57,528 nt of DNA from a virus (lineage: Duplodnaviria > Caudoviricetes): the IMG/VR virus record IMGVR_UViG_3300027734_000004, positions 1-57,528 of that record. One strand, given 5' to 3'. Below, piece after piece: positions 17,744 through 26,862 of the stretch (positions are counted from its first letter, which is position 1; every line of letters begins with the position of its first letter). Below the pieces are notes generated by a model that ran no database searches, had not been told where the DNA came from, and saw only the letters and a program-made list of their open reading frames with translations. A program made the position numbers and the translations under genes.

Positions 17744-19372
17744 ATGTCAGAGATGTCCCGCAACGCTCGTCGTGCAATGCGCGCTAAAATTCACCGCCTA
17801 ACCTCAGCACAAACGGGCAAGGTTGACGCTTCTGACTACGGTCCTGAGCAAGTTCTTGATTCTGAGGCCAAGACGGGCATGCGCCCAGTTTCGCGCCGCG
17901 CTTACAAGAAGGGCGGCAAGGTTGTCGCTGTTGCTGGCGCTGATGCCAAGCAGAATGCAGGCAAGAAGCCACGCGCAGGTAAGAAGCATCTTACCGTTGA
18001 CGCACTGGTTAACCGCAATTTGAAAGATGCAAACGAAGCCCGCGAAGGCAAGAAGCATATTGGTGGTTTGAAAACAGGCGGTCGGGCTACAAAGAAAGCT
18101 TATGGCGGATCGATGGATGAGGATATTTCCACGCGCCCAACAGACAGATACGGTAACCGCGCTACAGACAGAGATCTTGGCATGGTTCGTACTTCTGGCG
18201 GCATGCCAGATAGGGATATTTCTTCGCGCCCAACAGATAGTTCCGGTCGCCGCATAACCAATGAAGAACTTGGCATGGGTTACCCAGCAGAAGCGCGTCC
18301 AATGAAGCGTATGCCTCCCAAAGAGGCAGCTAAAGATGTTATGCGCGCTAAGCCTTCAGCAATGTCTGTGTCGGAAGCTATGGCCGGTATGCGTAATGGT
18401 CGCAAGCATGGCGGCGAGGCTTGGGAAGGTTCCGCTAAGGACGAATCGCAAGACAAGAAGCTTGCTAAAAAGTATGGCATGTCGATGGCAGCGTGGGAAA
18501 AGTCCCAGATGGACAAGAAGCACGACACCCAGCATTCGTCAAAGGGCTTGAATAAGGGCGGTCGCACTGGCAAGAGCCTTGGCGGTGTTTTGAAAGATGT
18601 CGGCAAATATGCCGCACTTGGCGTTGCGGGCAATGAAATTTTGAAAAACCCGTCCTTGCTCATGGGTGGTCTTGGCGCTTTGGCGTACAGCCGGTTTGGC
18701 AAGAAAAAGGGCGCACCGGGCGCACCGGGCGCACCGGGCGCAACGGCAAACGCATCACCAACGCCAGCAGTCGCAGGCAAGAAGAGTGGTGGCGGTTTGT
18801 ACGCAAACATCAACGCCAAGCAGGAGCGGATCGCGAATGGCTCAAAGGAGCGTATGCGCAAGGTCGGCAGCAAGGGTGCGCCAACCGCAGAAGCATTTAA
18901 GCAATCTGCGCGTACTGCTAAAGCCCGTGGCGGTTACACCTCACTGGATGGCGAAATGCAGACACAAGAAAAGGTAAGCGGTCGCGTTGCCAAGTATCAG
19001 GGCGGTAGCCTTTCTGGCCTTGAAATGAATGCTGGTGGTCGTGCTAAGAAGAAGAAGAGCGGCACCAATATCAACATTGTAATTGCAACTGGTAAGGGCC
19101 AGCCACAAATGGACCCTAATATGCAGCAAGCACCTTCACCTCAGGGTGTACCGGTGCAGATGCCACCTCCACCACAGGCTGGCGCTCCTATGCCTATGCC
19201 CATGCCAATGCCAATCCCAATGCCGCAAGCAGGCGGTCCGGGCGCAGGTCCTGCACCAATGCCACGCAAGGCTGGTGGCCGCACCTACCGTTCTTATAAG
19301 GACATGGATGCAGGCGCTGGAAGCGGTCTGGGTCGTTTGGAAAAGACGGAGATCCAAAAACGTAAAAAGTAG
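17744..19372 (+). CDS. 542-aa Lys/Gly-rich low-complexity protein with about 12 xxxGG motifs (putative internal head protein)
   Basis: AGGAG RBS; basic composition; Pro/Met-rich tail. Confidence 0.75.
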   Translation: MSEMSRNARRAMRAKIHRLTSAQTGKVDASDYGPEQVLDSEAKTGMRPVSRRAYKKGGKVVAVAGADAKQNAGKKPRAGKKHLTVDALVNRNLKDANEAREGKKHIGGLKTGGRATKKAYGGSMDEDISTRPTDRYGNRATDRDLGMVRTSGGMPDRDISSRPTDSSGRRITNEELGMGYPAEARPMKRMPPKEAAKDVMRAKPSAMSVSEAMAGMRNGRKHGGEAWEGSAKDESQDKKLAKKYGMSMAAWEKSQMDKKHDTQHSSKGLNKGGRTGKSLGGVLKDVGKYAALGVAGNEILKNPSLLMGGLGALAYSRFGKKKGAPGAPGAPGATANASPTPAVAGKKSGGGLYANINAKQERIANGSKERMRKVGSKGAPTAEAFKQSARTAKARGGYTSLDGEMQTQEKVSGRVAKYQGGSLSGLEMNAGGRAKKKKSGTNINIVIATGKGQPQMDPNMQQAPSPQGVPVQMPPPPQAGAPMPMPMPMPIPMPQAGGPGAGPAPMPRKAGGRTYRSYKDMDAGAGSGLGRLEKTEIQKRKK

Positions 19373-19378
19373 TTAAGC

Positions 19379-19422
19379 TTGGGCGGCGTTGATTAAAAGA
19401 TCGTCGCCCAATATTTTATTTT
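19379..19422 (+). terminator. Rho-independent terminator
   Basis: TTGGGCGGCG...CGTCGCCCAA stem followed by TATTTTATTTT. Confidence 0.65.
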
Positions 19423-19435
19423 ATGGAATATATCG

Positions 19436-19633
19436 ATGAACTTTAACAATCTATTTGAATTTGAATTAATGAAACTTGTTGAGGCGCGCATTGCGACCCT
19501 TTCAGAAAACATCACAAACGCACATGCAGTCGTTGATTATTCCGACTATAAATACCAAGTTGGTAGAATCGCTGGCCTTCGCGAGTTCGAAGACCTGCGT
19601 GAAGAGGTCAATAAAATTATTGCTGAACGATAA
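19436..19633 (+). CDS. Small hypothetical protein upstream of GroES
   Basis: 65 aa with DYSDYKYQVGRIAGL, a pattern typical of the pre-GroES gene in such phages. Confidence 0.75.
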   Translation: MNFNNLFEFELMKLVEARIATLSENITNAHAVVDYSDYKYQVGRIAGLREFEDLREEVNKIIAER

Positions 19634-19650
19634 ATATGGAGAAAAATTAA

Positions 19651-20043
19651 ATGCCACATATGAATATGACTCATGAAGAAGACCCAAAGGAACTGATTCT
19701 TCAAGCATTGGGCGATATTGAAAAGTTTAAAGTGTTCCACAATGAAGTGGTTGTCGCTGTGTATTTGCGTCCGGAAAAGACCAAAAGCGGCATTTACTTG
19801 CCGGATCAGCACCGCGACGAAGACCGCCACCAGAGCAAGGTCGGACTTGTTGTTAAGATGGGTTCTGAAGCTTTTGACGATCCCAACGGTAACTGGTTCC
19901 GGGGTATGGATGTAAAGCTACATGATTGGGTTGTTTACCGCCCGTCAGACGGCTGGACAATTACCGTCAACAACGTGCTTTGCCGTGCGTTAAAAGATAC
20001 AAACATTCGGGGCAGCGTCCCCCATCCCGATATGATCTGGTAA
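19651..20043 (+). CDS. groES: GroES/Cpn10-like co-chaperonin
   Basis: Mobile loop EKTKSGIYLPD, VGLVVKMG, VKLHDWVVY, ALKDTNI. Confidence 0.85.
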   Translation: MPHMNMTHEEDPKELILQALGDIEKFKVFHNEVVVAVYLRPEKTKSGIYLPDQHRDEDRHQSKVGLVVKMGSEAFDDPNGNWFRGMDVKLHDWVVYRPSDGWTITVNNVLCRALKDTNIRGSVPHPDMIW

Positions 20044-20053
20044 GGAAGCTAAA

Positions 20054-20938
20054 ATGAATATTGAAGATAATGCAGAAGAGCAGTTTGAAATTGAACTGAG
20101 CGAAGATCCAAAGCCAGCGGAAGACATTATTGTTGAAAAATCGGAGGATAAAAACTCTGACCCGGTAGATGACACCCTTGAGGCCCTAAAGGGTCAATTG
20201 GAAGAAGAGCGCAAAGCGCGTCAGGAAGCCCAGCGCCGTGCAAGCGAAGCCGAATATTCGGCGTATGAGGCAAAGGGTGAGGTGCAGGACACAAGCTTGC
20301 ATCTGGTGTCAAATGCCATCGATACAGTCCTTCAGAACAATAATATCCTAAAAGCAAATTACCGTGACGCAATGTCTATGGGTGATTTTGACACTGCGGC
20401 TGACATTCAGTCGGAGATGTCTTCCAACGCAGCCAAACTTCTTCAGCTTGAGCAAGGTAAGCAGGCGCTGGAAAATCAACCACGTCAACCAGCCCCAACG
20501 CCTTATGTTTCTGACCCTGTTGAGGCTTTGGCATCGCAGCTTTCGCCACGATCTGCTGACTGGGTGCGCCGGAATCCGCAATTTGCCACAGAACCGCGCC
20601 TGTATCAAAAGATGCTGGCAGCGCACAATCTGGCGATGGCAGATGACATTCCTGCGGATTCTGACGATTATTTTGACGCAATTGAAGATATTCTCCACGT
20701 CCGCAGTCAGGATAATAGACGTGATTATGACGCCATGGCTGACGCTGCAAAGCCAACGCAGCGCCGCGCAGCACCGCCAGCAGCCCCTGTTTCGCGCAGT
20801 GGCGGCGGCGGCGGAAGCAGGCCAAACCGTGTGACGCTTACCGCAGCAGAGCGCGATATAGCCAGCATGATGGGTATGACGCCTGAGGAATATGGCCGCA
20901 ACAAGCTTACCCTTCAAAAAGAAGGTAAAATGAATTAA
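20054..20938 (+). CDS. Putative capsid scaffolding protein
   Basis: Acidic coiled coil; C-terminal VTLTAAERDIASMMGMTPEEY; position before the capsid genes. Confidence 0.7.
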   Translation: MNIEDNAEEQFEIELSEDPKPAEDIIVEKSEDKNSDPVDDTLEALKGQLEEERKARQEAQRRASEAEYSAYEAKGEVQDTSLHLVSNAIDTVLQNNNILKANYRDAMSMGDFDTAADIQSEMSSNAAKLLQLEQGKQALENQPRQPAPTPYVSDPVEALASQLSPRSADWVRRNPQFATEPRLYQKMLAAHNLAMADDIPADSDDYFDAIEDILHVRSQDNRRDYDAMADAAKPTQRRAAPPAAPVSRSGGGGGSRPNRVTLTAAERDIASMMGMTPEEYGRNKLTLQKEGKMN

Positions 20939-20955
20939 ATTTAAGGAGTATTATT

Positions 20956-21621
20956 ATGGAAACTATTGCACCAAAAAAGCGCGGACGCCCACCAAAGGTT
21001 AAGGAAGCCCTTGATCAAGCAGCCCAAAATGCCGCAGAGGCGGTAAATATAAATGATTTGGAAGAGGCATATGAGCCCCTTGCTGTTGCACCAGAGGCAA
21101 CGCATGCAGACATTACGCCAACAATTCGTGAAGATATTCGGGCCCCAATGCGTGAAGAAGATCCCCGCACCCGTGCTGCGCGCCGTGCCGCAGAACTTCG
21201 TGATCACCTTGGCGATTTGGATGAAGGCACTGATGACTTTTACATCAATAAGGCTGACATCCCACCGGGCTGGGAATATGAATGGAAGCGTAAGCTTTTG
21301 ATGGGCGCTGAAGATCCTGCCTATCAAGTGGCGCTGGCCCGCTCCGGTTGGGAAGCTGTTCCCACGTCGCGTCACCCATCCTACATGCCAAATAGCGGCA
21401 ACCACCCTATAATTGAACGCAAGGGTATGGTCCTTATGGAGCGTCCATCAGAAATATCTGATGAGTCCCGTGCAATTGAATTACGCAAGGCGCGTAATCA
21501 GGTCAGGCAAAAGGAAGCCCAGCTAAATTCCGCAGAAGGCGGGCAGTTTGAGCGGGCAAATAAAGACCAATCGCTGGTCAATATTCGAAAATCATACGAC
21601 TCAATTCCAATTCCGCAGTAA
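20956..21621 (+). CDS. Conserved head-module hypothetical protein
   Basis: AAGGAG RBS; IPPGWEYEW...GWEAV...GMVLMERP. Confidence 0.75.
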   Translation: METIAPKKRGRPPKVKEALDQAAQNAAEAVNINDLEEAYEPLAVAPEATHADITPTIREDIRAPMREEDPRTRAARRAAELRDHLGDLDEGTDDFYINKADIPPGWEYEWKRKLLMGAEDPAYQVALARSGWEAVPTSRHPSYMPNSGNHPIIERKGMVLMERPSEISDESRAIELRKARNQVRQKEAQLNSAEGGQFERANKDQSLVNIRKSYDSIPIPQ

Positions 21622-21637
21622 GGAAATTGGGTAAATC

Positions 21638-21662
21638 GGGCGGCTATATGCCGCCCTTTTTA
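21638..21662 (+). terminator. Rho-independent terminator
   Basis: GGGCGGC-TATAT-GCCGCCC-TTTTT. Confidence 0.8.
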
Positions 21663-21670
21663 TTGTATTG

Positions 21671-21703
21671 TTGACAAACAACAAAAAATAAACGATTTAT
21701 AGG
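21671..21703 (+). promoter_or_regulatory. Putative capsid-operon promoter
   Basis: TTGACA at 21671 just after a terminator, with an AT-rich spacer; the -10 element is weak. Confidence 0.5.
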
Positions 21704-21704
21704 A

Positions 21705-21761
21705 AATCTCCCCCGGTGCGGAGATTCAAAAAACCCAGTCTTAGTCGCCCCGGTGCGCGAT
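21705..21761 (+). promoter_or_regulatory. Twin hairpins with identical CCCGGTGC loops in the 5' leader of the capsid operon
   Basis: AATCTCC-CCCGGTGC-GGAGATT and GTCGC-CCCGGTGC-GCGAT. Confidence 0.6.
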
Positions 21762-21788
21762 GATGGCTTCCTAAAAAGGAGACCCGTC

Positions 21789-22376
21789 ATGGCCAATACC
21801 AATGCGCCTTTCGGTTTTAGACAGTTAAGTGGGACTGGTTCTGCTCCGACTTACGAGCAGGTTGTGGGCTTTTGCGCTTACAATACCGCTGCTATGTATT
21901 TCGGTGACCCCATTTACCAGAACGCTAACGGTTCAGTATTCCCTGACACACCCGGCACTGGCATCCTTGCTGGTGTTTTCGCTGGTTGTAAGTATCTTTC
22001 AGTTTCGCAGAAGCGTACCGTTTGGTCAAACTTCTGGGGCGCTGCTGACGTAGCTTCTGGCAACACCGTTGAAGTTTACTTTGTTAACGATCCGAATGCC
22101 AAGTTCTTGGTTCAGACGGGTTCGACGGGCGCAACAGTTGCGGCCATCGGCGCTAACGTGCAGTTTTCATACGGTACGCCAAACACGATGAGCGGCATTT
22201 CAGGCGCTTTTGTGGACATCACCACCGCAGCAACCACGGCTACTTTGCCGTTCAAGGTTGTTAGCCTTGACGTAGACCCGCCCGGTTCAAATGGTTCCGA
22301 AGCTGGCGCATACAATTATGTAATTGTTGCGTTCAACAACGTATCCACCAAGACCCTAAACGCCATCCACACATAA
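21789..22376 (+). CDS. Minor capsid/cement-like protein (MANTNAPFGF...)
   Basis: AAGGAG RBS; directly upstream of the major capsid gene; beta-rich. Confidence 0.7.
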   Translation: MANTNAPFGFRQLSGTGSAPTYEQVVGFCAYNTAAMYFGDPIYQNANGSVFPDTPGTGILAGVFAGCKYLSVSQKRTVWSNFWGAADVASGNTVEVYFVNDPNAKFLVQTGSTGATVAAIGANVQFSYGTPNTMSGISGAFVDITTAATTATLPFKVVSLDVDPPGSNGSEAGAYNYVIVAFNNVSTKTLNAIHT

Positions 22377-22390
22377 GGGAGTAAGGTACC

Positions 22391-23305
22391 ATGGCTGTTA
22401 ATTTATCAGCAATTAAAGACCTTCTGCTCCCCGGTTTACGGGGCGTAGAAGGCAAGTACGAGATGATCCCATCTCAGTACGACAAGATCTTCACAAAGCA
22501 CGATTCGAAGCTTGCGCTCGAACGTACCGCTGAAATGCGTTACCTTGGTCTTGCTCAGTTGAAGACTGAAGGCGGTCAAACGTCTTTCGATAACGGCGCT
22601 GGTGAGCGTTATGTATACAACCAAGAGCATAACGAAATTGCTCTTGGCTATGCAATCACGCGCAAAGCCATCGACGATAACCTGTACAAGACCCAGTTCC
22701 AACCATCGAACCTTGGCTTGATTGAATCATTCCAGCAGACCAAGGAAATCTACGGTTCGAACATCTTGAACACGGCAACAACCTACAACGCCAACATTGG
22801 CGGTGACGGCGTAGCACTTTGCTCGACTGCTCACCCTATTGATGGTGGTACGGTTGCCAACACGCCGACCACTCAGGTCGATCTGAACGAAGCCACGCTG
22901 TTGAATGCAATGATTTCAATTCGCACAAACTTCAAGGATCAAGCTGGTCTGAAGGTCTTCGCCCGTGGCCGTAAGCTTATCGTTCCGCCGCAGCTTGAGC
23001 CTGTCGCTATCCGCCTTACCAAGACGGAACTCCGTCCGGGTACAGCAGATAATGATGTCAATGCTGTGCTCAGCACCAGTGGTGGCCTTCCAGAAGGCTA
23101 CATGGTCAACGACTTCTTGACGTCGGCCTACGCTTGGTTCCTTCTGACCAACATCGACGGTTTGTCGTACATGGAGCGCGTCAAGTTCGAAACCGACATG
23201 CAAGTCGATTTCGTAACCGACAACCTCTTGGTCAAGGGTTATGAGCGTTATAGCTTTGGCTATTACAACTGGCGTTCGATCTACGGTTCGTTCCCAACGT
23301 CTTAA
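22391..23305 (+). CDS. Major capsid protein (HK97 fold, Mu gpT-like group)
   Basis: LLLPGL, KTEGG, ALGYAITRKAIDDNLY, GGDGVALCSTAHP, LIVPPQL, ERYSFGYYNWRSIYGS. Confidence 0.9.
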   Translation: MAVNLSAIKDLLLPGLRGVEGKYEMIPSQYDKIFTKHDSKLALERTAEMRYLGLAQLKTEGGQTSFDNGAGERYVYNQEHNEIALGYAITRKAIDDNLYKTQFQPSNLGLIESFQQTKEIYGSNILNTATTYNANIGGDGVALCSTAHPIDGGTVANTPTTQVDLNEATLLNAMISIRTNFKDQAGLKVFARGRKLIVPPQLEPVAIRLTKTELRPGTADNDVNAVLSTSGGLPEGYMVNDFLTSAYAWFLLTNIDGLSYMERVKFETDMQVDFVTDNLLVKGYERYSFGYYNWRSIYGSFPTS

Positions 23306-23359
23306 TTAATCGGCACCCCCTCTCTTAACGGGGAGGGGGAAACCTTAAAGGAGGTCCAA

Positions 23360-23854
23360 ATGGGTATTACCACTTTTACCGGGCCGATTATGGCAGGCAA
23401 CGTGCTTAAGAGCGATGGCAGCGGCAACCTTGCCGGTGCTGGCGGTGATAGCGGGTTGGCCAATGTTGGCTACACTACAATGGCTCAGTCTCAGGCAATA
23501 ACGCAGGCAACTAACGGATCGTCTGCTGGTGTTTACACGACAGACATTGTCATCCCTGCTGACAGTCAGATTATTGGCATTGATTTGCTGGTATCTACTA
23601 TTTGGTCAGGTGCTGCGTCCACGCTTGGAATCGGAACCACAGTTTCAGCTACGGCGCTGACTGCTGCTGGCGCTGTTGCAGGCGGAACCAAGGGTGTCGT
23701 TGCTGCCAATCCCGGCACAGTCGATGCTGCAATCGCCAATTGGCGTGATGTTGGTGCAAACGACATCCGTATTTTGGTGACATCTACCAATACGGGTACT
23801 GGCGTCGGTGTTTTGACCGTTCGCTATATTCAGTCCAACAACCTCACGGCATAA
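23360..23854 (+). CDS. Putative capsid decoration protein
   Basis: MGITTFTGPI start; small beta-rich protein right after the capsid gene. Confidence 0.6.
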   Translation: MGITTFTGPIMAGNVLKSDGSGNLAGAGGDSGLANVGYTTMAQSQAITQATNGSSAGVYTTDIVIPADSQIIGIDLLVSTIWSGAASTLGIGTTVSATALTAAGAVAGGTKGVVAANPGTVDAAIANWRDVGANDIRILVTSTNTGTGVGVLTVRYIQSNNLTA

Positions 23855-23865
23855 GGAGACTCATC

Positions 23866-24150
23866 ATGAAGGGTCGTAAATCACGCGCATCTGGTGGCGT
23901 TAATGAAATGGCGCAGAATCAATCACAAAAGAACATGCGCTACACCTACGAAAGCAATGTCAACGACGAAGCTGAAAAGCGTAAGCGCGGTGGCAAGACT
24001 GTCGGTAAAGTCAAAGGCATGGATGCTATGGCCTGCGCAAGCCGCAAGCCACGCAAGTCCGGTGGATCTTGCGATAGCGGCAGTCCGTTTTCGTCCGCCC
24101 GCGCAGGTACCCCTGCAAAGGGTCGTAATGTCAGCGGTTCGTTAAGCTAA
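23866..24150 (+). CDS. Small basic protein with three xxxGG motifs
   Basis: AAGGAG RBS; RASGG, RKRGG, RKSGG. Confidence 0.7.
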   Translation: MKGRKSRASGGVNEMAQNQSQKNMRYTYESNVNDEAEKRKRGGKTVGKVKGMDAMACASRKPRKSGGSCDSGSPFSSARAGTPAKGRNVSGSLS

Positions 24151-24175
24151 TCGCTAAGACTTTGTGAAAATAAGG

Positions 24176-24199
24176 CGGGGGCTTAGCGGCCCCCGTTTT
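24176..24199 (+). terminator. Rho-independent terminator
   Basis: CGGGGGC-TTAGCG-GCCCCCG-TTTT. Confidence 0.7.
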
Positions 24200-24214
24200 A
24201 CTATGGAGAGCAGT

Positions 24215-24484
24215 ATGTCTGATACTTGGCAGCGTAAAGAGGGCCAGTCTAAGTCTGGTGGATTGAACGACAAGGGGCGCGCTTCCCTTCGTGCAGAAGG
24301 TCACGACATAAAGCGCCCGGTCACCGCTGGCGAAGCGGATCGCAGCCCTGCGGCAGCAGATAGGCGCGATAACTTCCGTTCACGGATGTGCGGAATGAAA
24401 GAAAAACTCACGTCAGCAAAGACAGCGCATGATCCGAATAGCCGGATTAATTTGGCTCTTAAAAGATGGGACGTGAAGTGCTAG
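24215..24484 (+). CDS. Small basic conserved phage protein (DUF6321-like)
   Basis: WQRKEG..KSGGLN.KGRAS...RR..F..RM.GM...DPNSRIN.AL.RW; family name from memory. Confidence 0.6.
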   Translation: MSDTWQRKEGQSKSGGLNDKGRASLRAEGHDIKRPVTAGEADRSPAAADRRDNFRSRMCGMKEKLTSAKTAHDPNSRINLALKRWDVKC

Positions 24485-24542
24485 TCTAGCGCTTCAATAA
24501 GTGCTATTTAACAACATAGAATTTTGAAAAAGGAAAATTGGC

Positions 24543-25346
24543 ATGGCCACCTTTAATACCACTGGCGTTGTTAACCAATCCATTAGTCGCATTGGCGTCA
24601 CTGAACCGTTCGAACTTCAAGTCTCCCGTGGCCAGATCACAGGCCATGCGGTTGAACTTATTTCCGGGATAAGCGGTAGCGTTGGAACGTCTTACATAAC
24701 AGTTTGGAACCAAAACACGGTTTACGCCTATCTTTCTACAGCTTCGGTTATGAAGATTTCAAGCAGCAGCGCAAGTGATACCGCTGCGGGTACTGGAGCC
24801 CGCACCATTTTAATTGATGGCTTGGATGCCGATTATAACCAGATCAGCGAGACAGTGACGCTCAATGGGCAGACAGCCGTTAATACCGCTAATAGCTACC
24901 TTCGCGTTTTTCACATTGCTGTATTAACGGCAGGAACTGGGGAAGCCGCTGCCGGTTCAATATATGCTGGAACAGGAACAGTAACCTCTGGTGTTCCAGC
25001 CGTAATCTACAGCGTTTATGCTACTGCCAATGGCGCAACCGCAGCTATTTGGACTGTCCCTGCCGGATATACAGCATATCTGACAGGGTACGCATCAGGC
25101 TATTCAAATGCTTCTGCAACCGCAAATGGAACTGTCTCTCTTTGCGTAAGGCCGTTTGGATCTGTTTTTGACACTATTTCGCAGCTTCGCGTTTCCAACG
25201 GTGTTCAGGGATGGATCGCGTTTCAGTACCCCATCGCTGTCGCTGAAAAGTCTGATATTGAAATTCGGGCTGTTTCTTCAGCGGCAAGTTCTGGTGTGAC
25301 CACTGAATTCCAACTTGTATATATCAAGAACGAAGGCGCTCTTTAA
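24543..25346 (+). CDS. Putative virion structural protein
   Basis: Ser/Thr/Gly-rich beta protein (AGTGARTILIDGLDADY) in the structural module. Confidence 0.6.
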   Translation: MATFNTTGVVNQSISRIGVTEPFELQVSRGQITGHAVELISGISGSVGTSYITVWNQNTVYAYLSTASVMKISSSSASDTAAGTGARTILIDGLDADYNQISETVTLNGQTAVNTANSYLRVFHIAVLTAGTGEAAAGSIYAGTGTVTSGVPAVIYSVYATANGATAAIWTVPAGYTAYLTGYASGYSNASATANGTVSLCVRPFGSVFDTISQLRVSNGVQGWIAFQYPIAVAEKSDIEIRAVSSAASSGVTTEFQLVYIKNEGAL

Positions 25347-25357
25347 GGGGTAACGGC

Positions 25358-26047
25358 ATGACCGTAAGCGGCACTTTTAATTACAATCCGTCGCTTGGCG
25401 AACTGACACTGTATGCCTTTAACCTGTGCGGCATTCGCAATACTGCGTTGCTTCAGGAGCATATGGAATCAGCGCGCATGGCAGCGAACCTGTTGCTTGG
25501 CCGCTGGTCTTCTGAGGGTGTTAACCTGTGGATGGTAAACCTTCAAACAATCCCACTGGTTGCAGGCCAATCAGAATACACATTGCCTGCCAATAACATT
25601 GTCATGCTCGACACCTATATTGAGACTGACGATGGCTCTGGACCGCCAATTGACCGCTTGATCTTGCCAATCAGCCGCACTGAATATGCTTCATACCCCA
25701 ATAAAGAGCAGCAGGGCTTCCCCACAACGTACTGGCAGGACCGTCAGATCACTAGCACTGTGTCGCTGTGGCCAGTCCCTGATGGCACCCAGACGTCTTT
25801 GAAATACTATCAGGTATGCCAGATTGATGACGCTGACTTTGCCAACGGACAAACGGTCAACGCCCCTGTCTATTTCCTTGAGGCTTTTGCTTATGGGTTG
25901 GCGCAGCGTTTAGCCATGATTTGGGCTCCAGATCGCCTTCAGATCTTAAAGCCTTTGGCCGACGAAGCTTATCAAATTGCAGCAATGCAGAACGTGGAAA
26001 CAGCCCAGCAGTACATTTCCCCAATGATCTCTGGCTATTTTAGGTAG
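25358..26047 (+). CDS. Head-tail adaptor / tail tubular protein A-like
   Basis: ANLLL..W..EGVNLW, ISRTEY...PNK..QG.P, LWPVPD; position. Confidence 0.65.
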   Translation: MTVSGTFNYNPSLGELTLYAFNLCGIRNTALLQEHMESARMAANLLLGRWSSEGVNLWMVNLQTIPLVAGQSEYTLPANNIVMLDTYIETDDGSGPPIDRLILPISRTEYASYPNKEQQGFPTTYWQDRQITSTVSLWPVPDGTQTSLKYYQVCQIDDADFANGQTVNAPVYFLEAFAYGLAQRLAMIWAPDRLQILKPLADEAYQIAAMQNVETAQQYISPMISGYFR

Positions 26048-26052
26048 GATAA

Positions 26053-26859
26053 ATGGCATACGCCTCACAGTCAGGTCGGGCCAGAACAAGTTCATCAGGG
26101 CCCCAAGCGCATGCAATCTGTGACCGCTGCGGGTTTCGTTACAACCATGTCGATCTTCAGTGGCAGTATGACTGGCGCGGTGCGGCATTGCAGAATACCC
26201 GCATCCTTGTCTGCAATAGCTGCTTGGATACACCTCAAGACCAATTGCGGGCTATCGTGGTCCCTGCTGACCCTGTGCCAATCATGCAGGCGCGTGTGCA
26301 GGATTTTCAGACGGCTGAAACCGATTATCAGACTGTCACTGCGCCACCCATCATTGATCCGACTACGGGCATCCCAATACCTGTTAACGTGACGCTCACA
26401 ACTGAGGATGGGGTGAATTTGGTTACGCAGCAGGTTGGTCCGCCACTTGGCTTGACCCAAGGTGCCGTTATGCCGCTGGTTGGTAAGGAGCATTTTTCCG
26501 TCAAGCTTAACCCACTGTCGATTACTTCAATTGGAACGGATGTAGTTACAGTCACGTTTGCAACCCCCCATGGCCTTTCAACAAATGATCAGATTTCCGT
26601 TGAAGGGCTTGAAGCCCCTCAGGCAAACGGGTTTTACAGCATAACAGTTACGACAGCTACAGCATTTACCTATCAAACAAATACGGTTATATCTGCCGGG
26701 TCGCTGCTTACCGCTTCGACAAACGTGGTCACGGCTCTGGTTGGTATCCCATACGGCTTCACTCAGATACCGCAAACTGGTATCGGTGTTTCCGGCACTA
26801 CCGGCCTTTCCTATGGGGTTTGGGACCAGTCACTCTGGGATCAGGCTAATTGGAGTTAG
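26053..26859 (+). CDS. CxxC zinc-ribbon protein fused to an FCCH-like beta domain (tail/neck)
   Basis: AICDRCGF...VCNSC; VTVTFATPHGLSTNDQISVEG...NGFYSITVTTATAFTY. Confidence 0.6.
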   Translation: MAYASQSGRARTSSSGPQAHAICDRCGFRYNHVDLQWQYDWRGAALQNTRILVCNSCLDTPQDQLRAIVVPADPVPIMQARVQDFQTAETDYQTVTAPPIIDPTTGIPIPVNVTLTTEDGVNLVTQQVGPPLGLTQGAVMPLVGKEHFSVKLNPLSITSIGTDVVTVTFATPHGLSTNDQISVEGLEAPQANGFYSITVTTATAFTYQTNTVISAGSLLTASTNVVTALVGIPYGFTQIPQTGIGVSGTTGLSYGVWDQSLWDQANWS

Positions 26860-26862
26860 ACG

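Noticed and set aside
21753-21788. ORF-track upstream start extensions (21753, 24164, 33287, 49236, 49542, 47678)
   Set aside because: Downstream ATGs have better RBSs or translational coupling, so those starts were used.
23316-23339. Hairpin after the capsid gene as a terminator
   Set aside because: The stem has no U-tract and the next RBS follows immediately; more likely a stability or processing hairpin, so it was not called.
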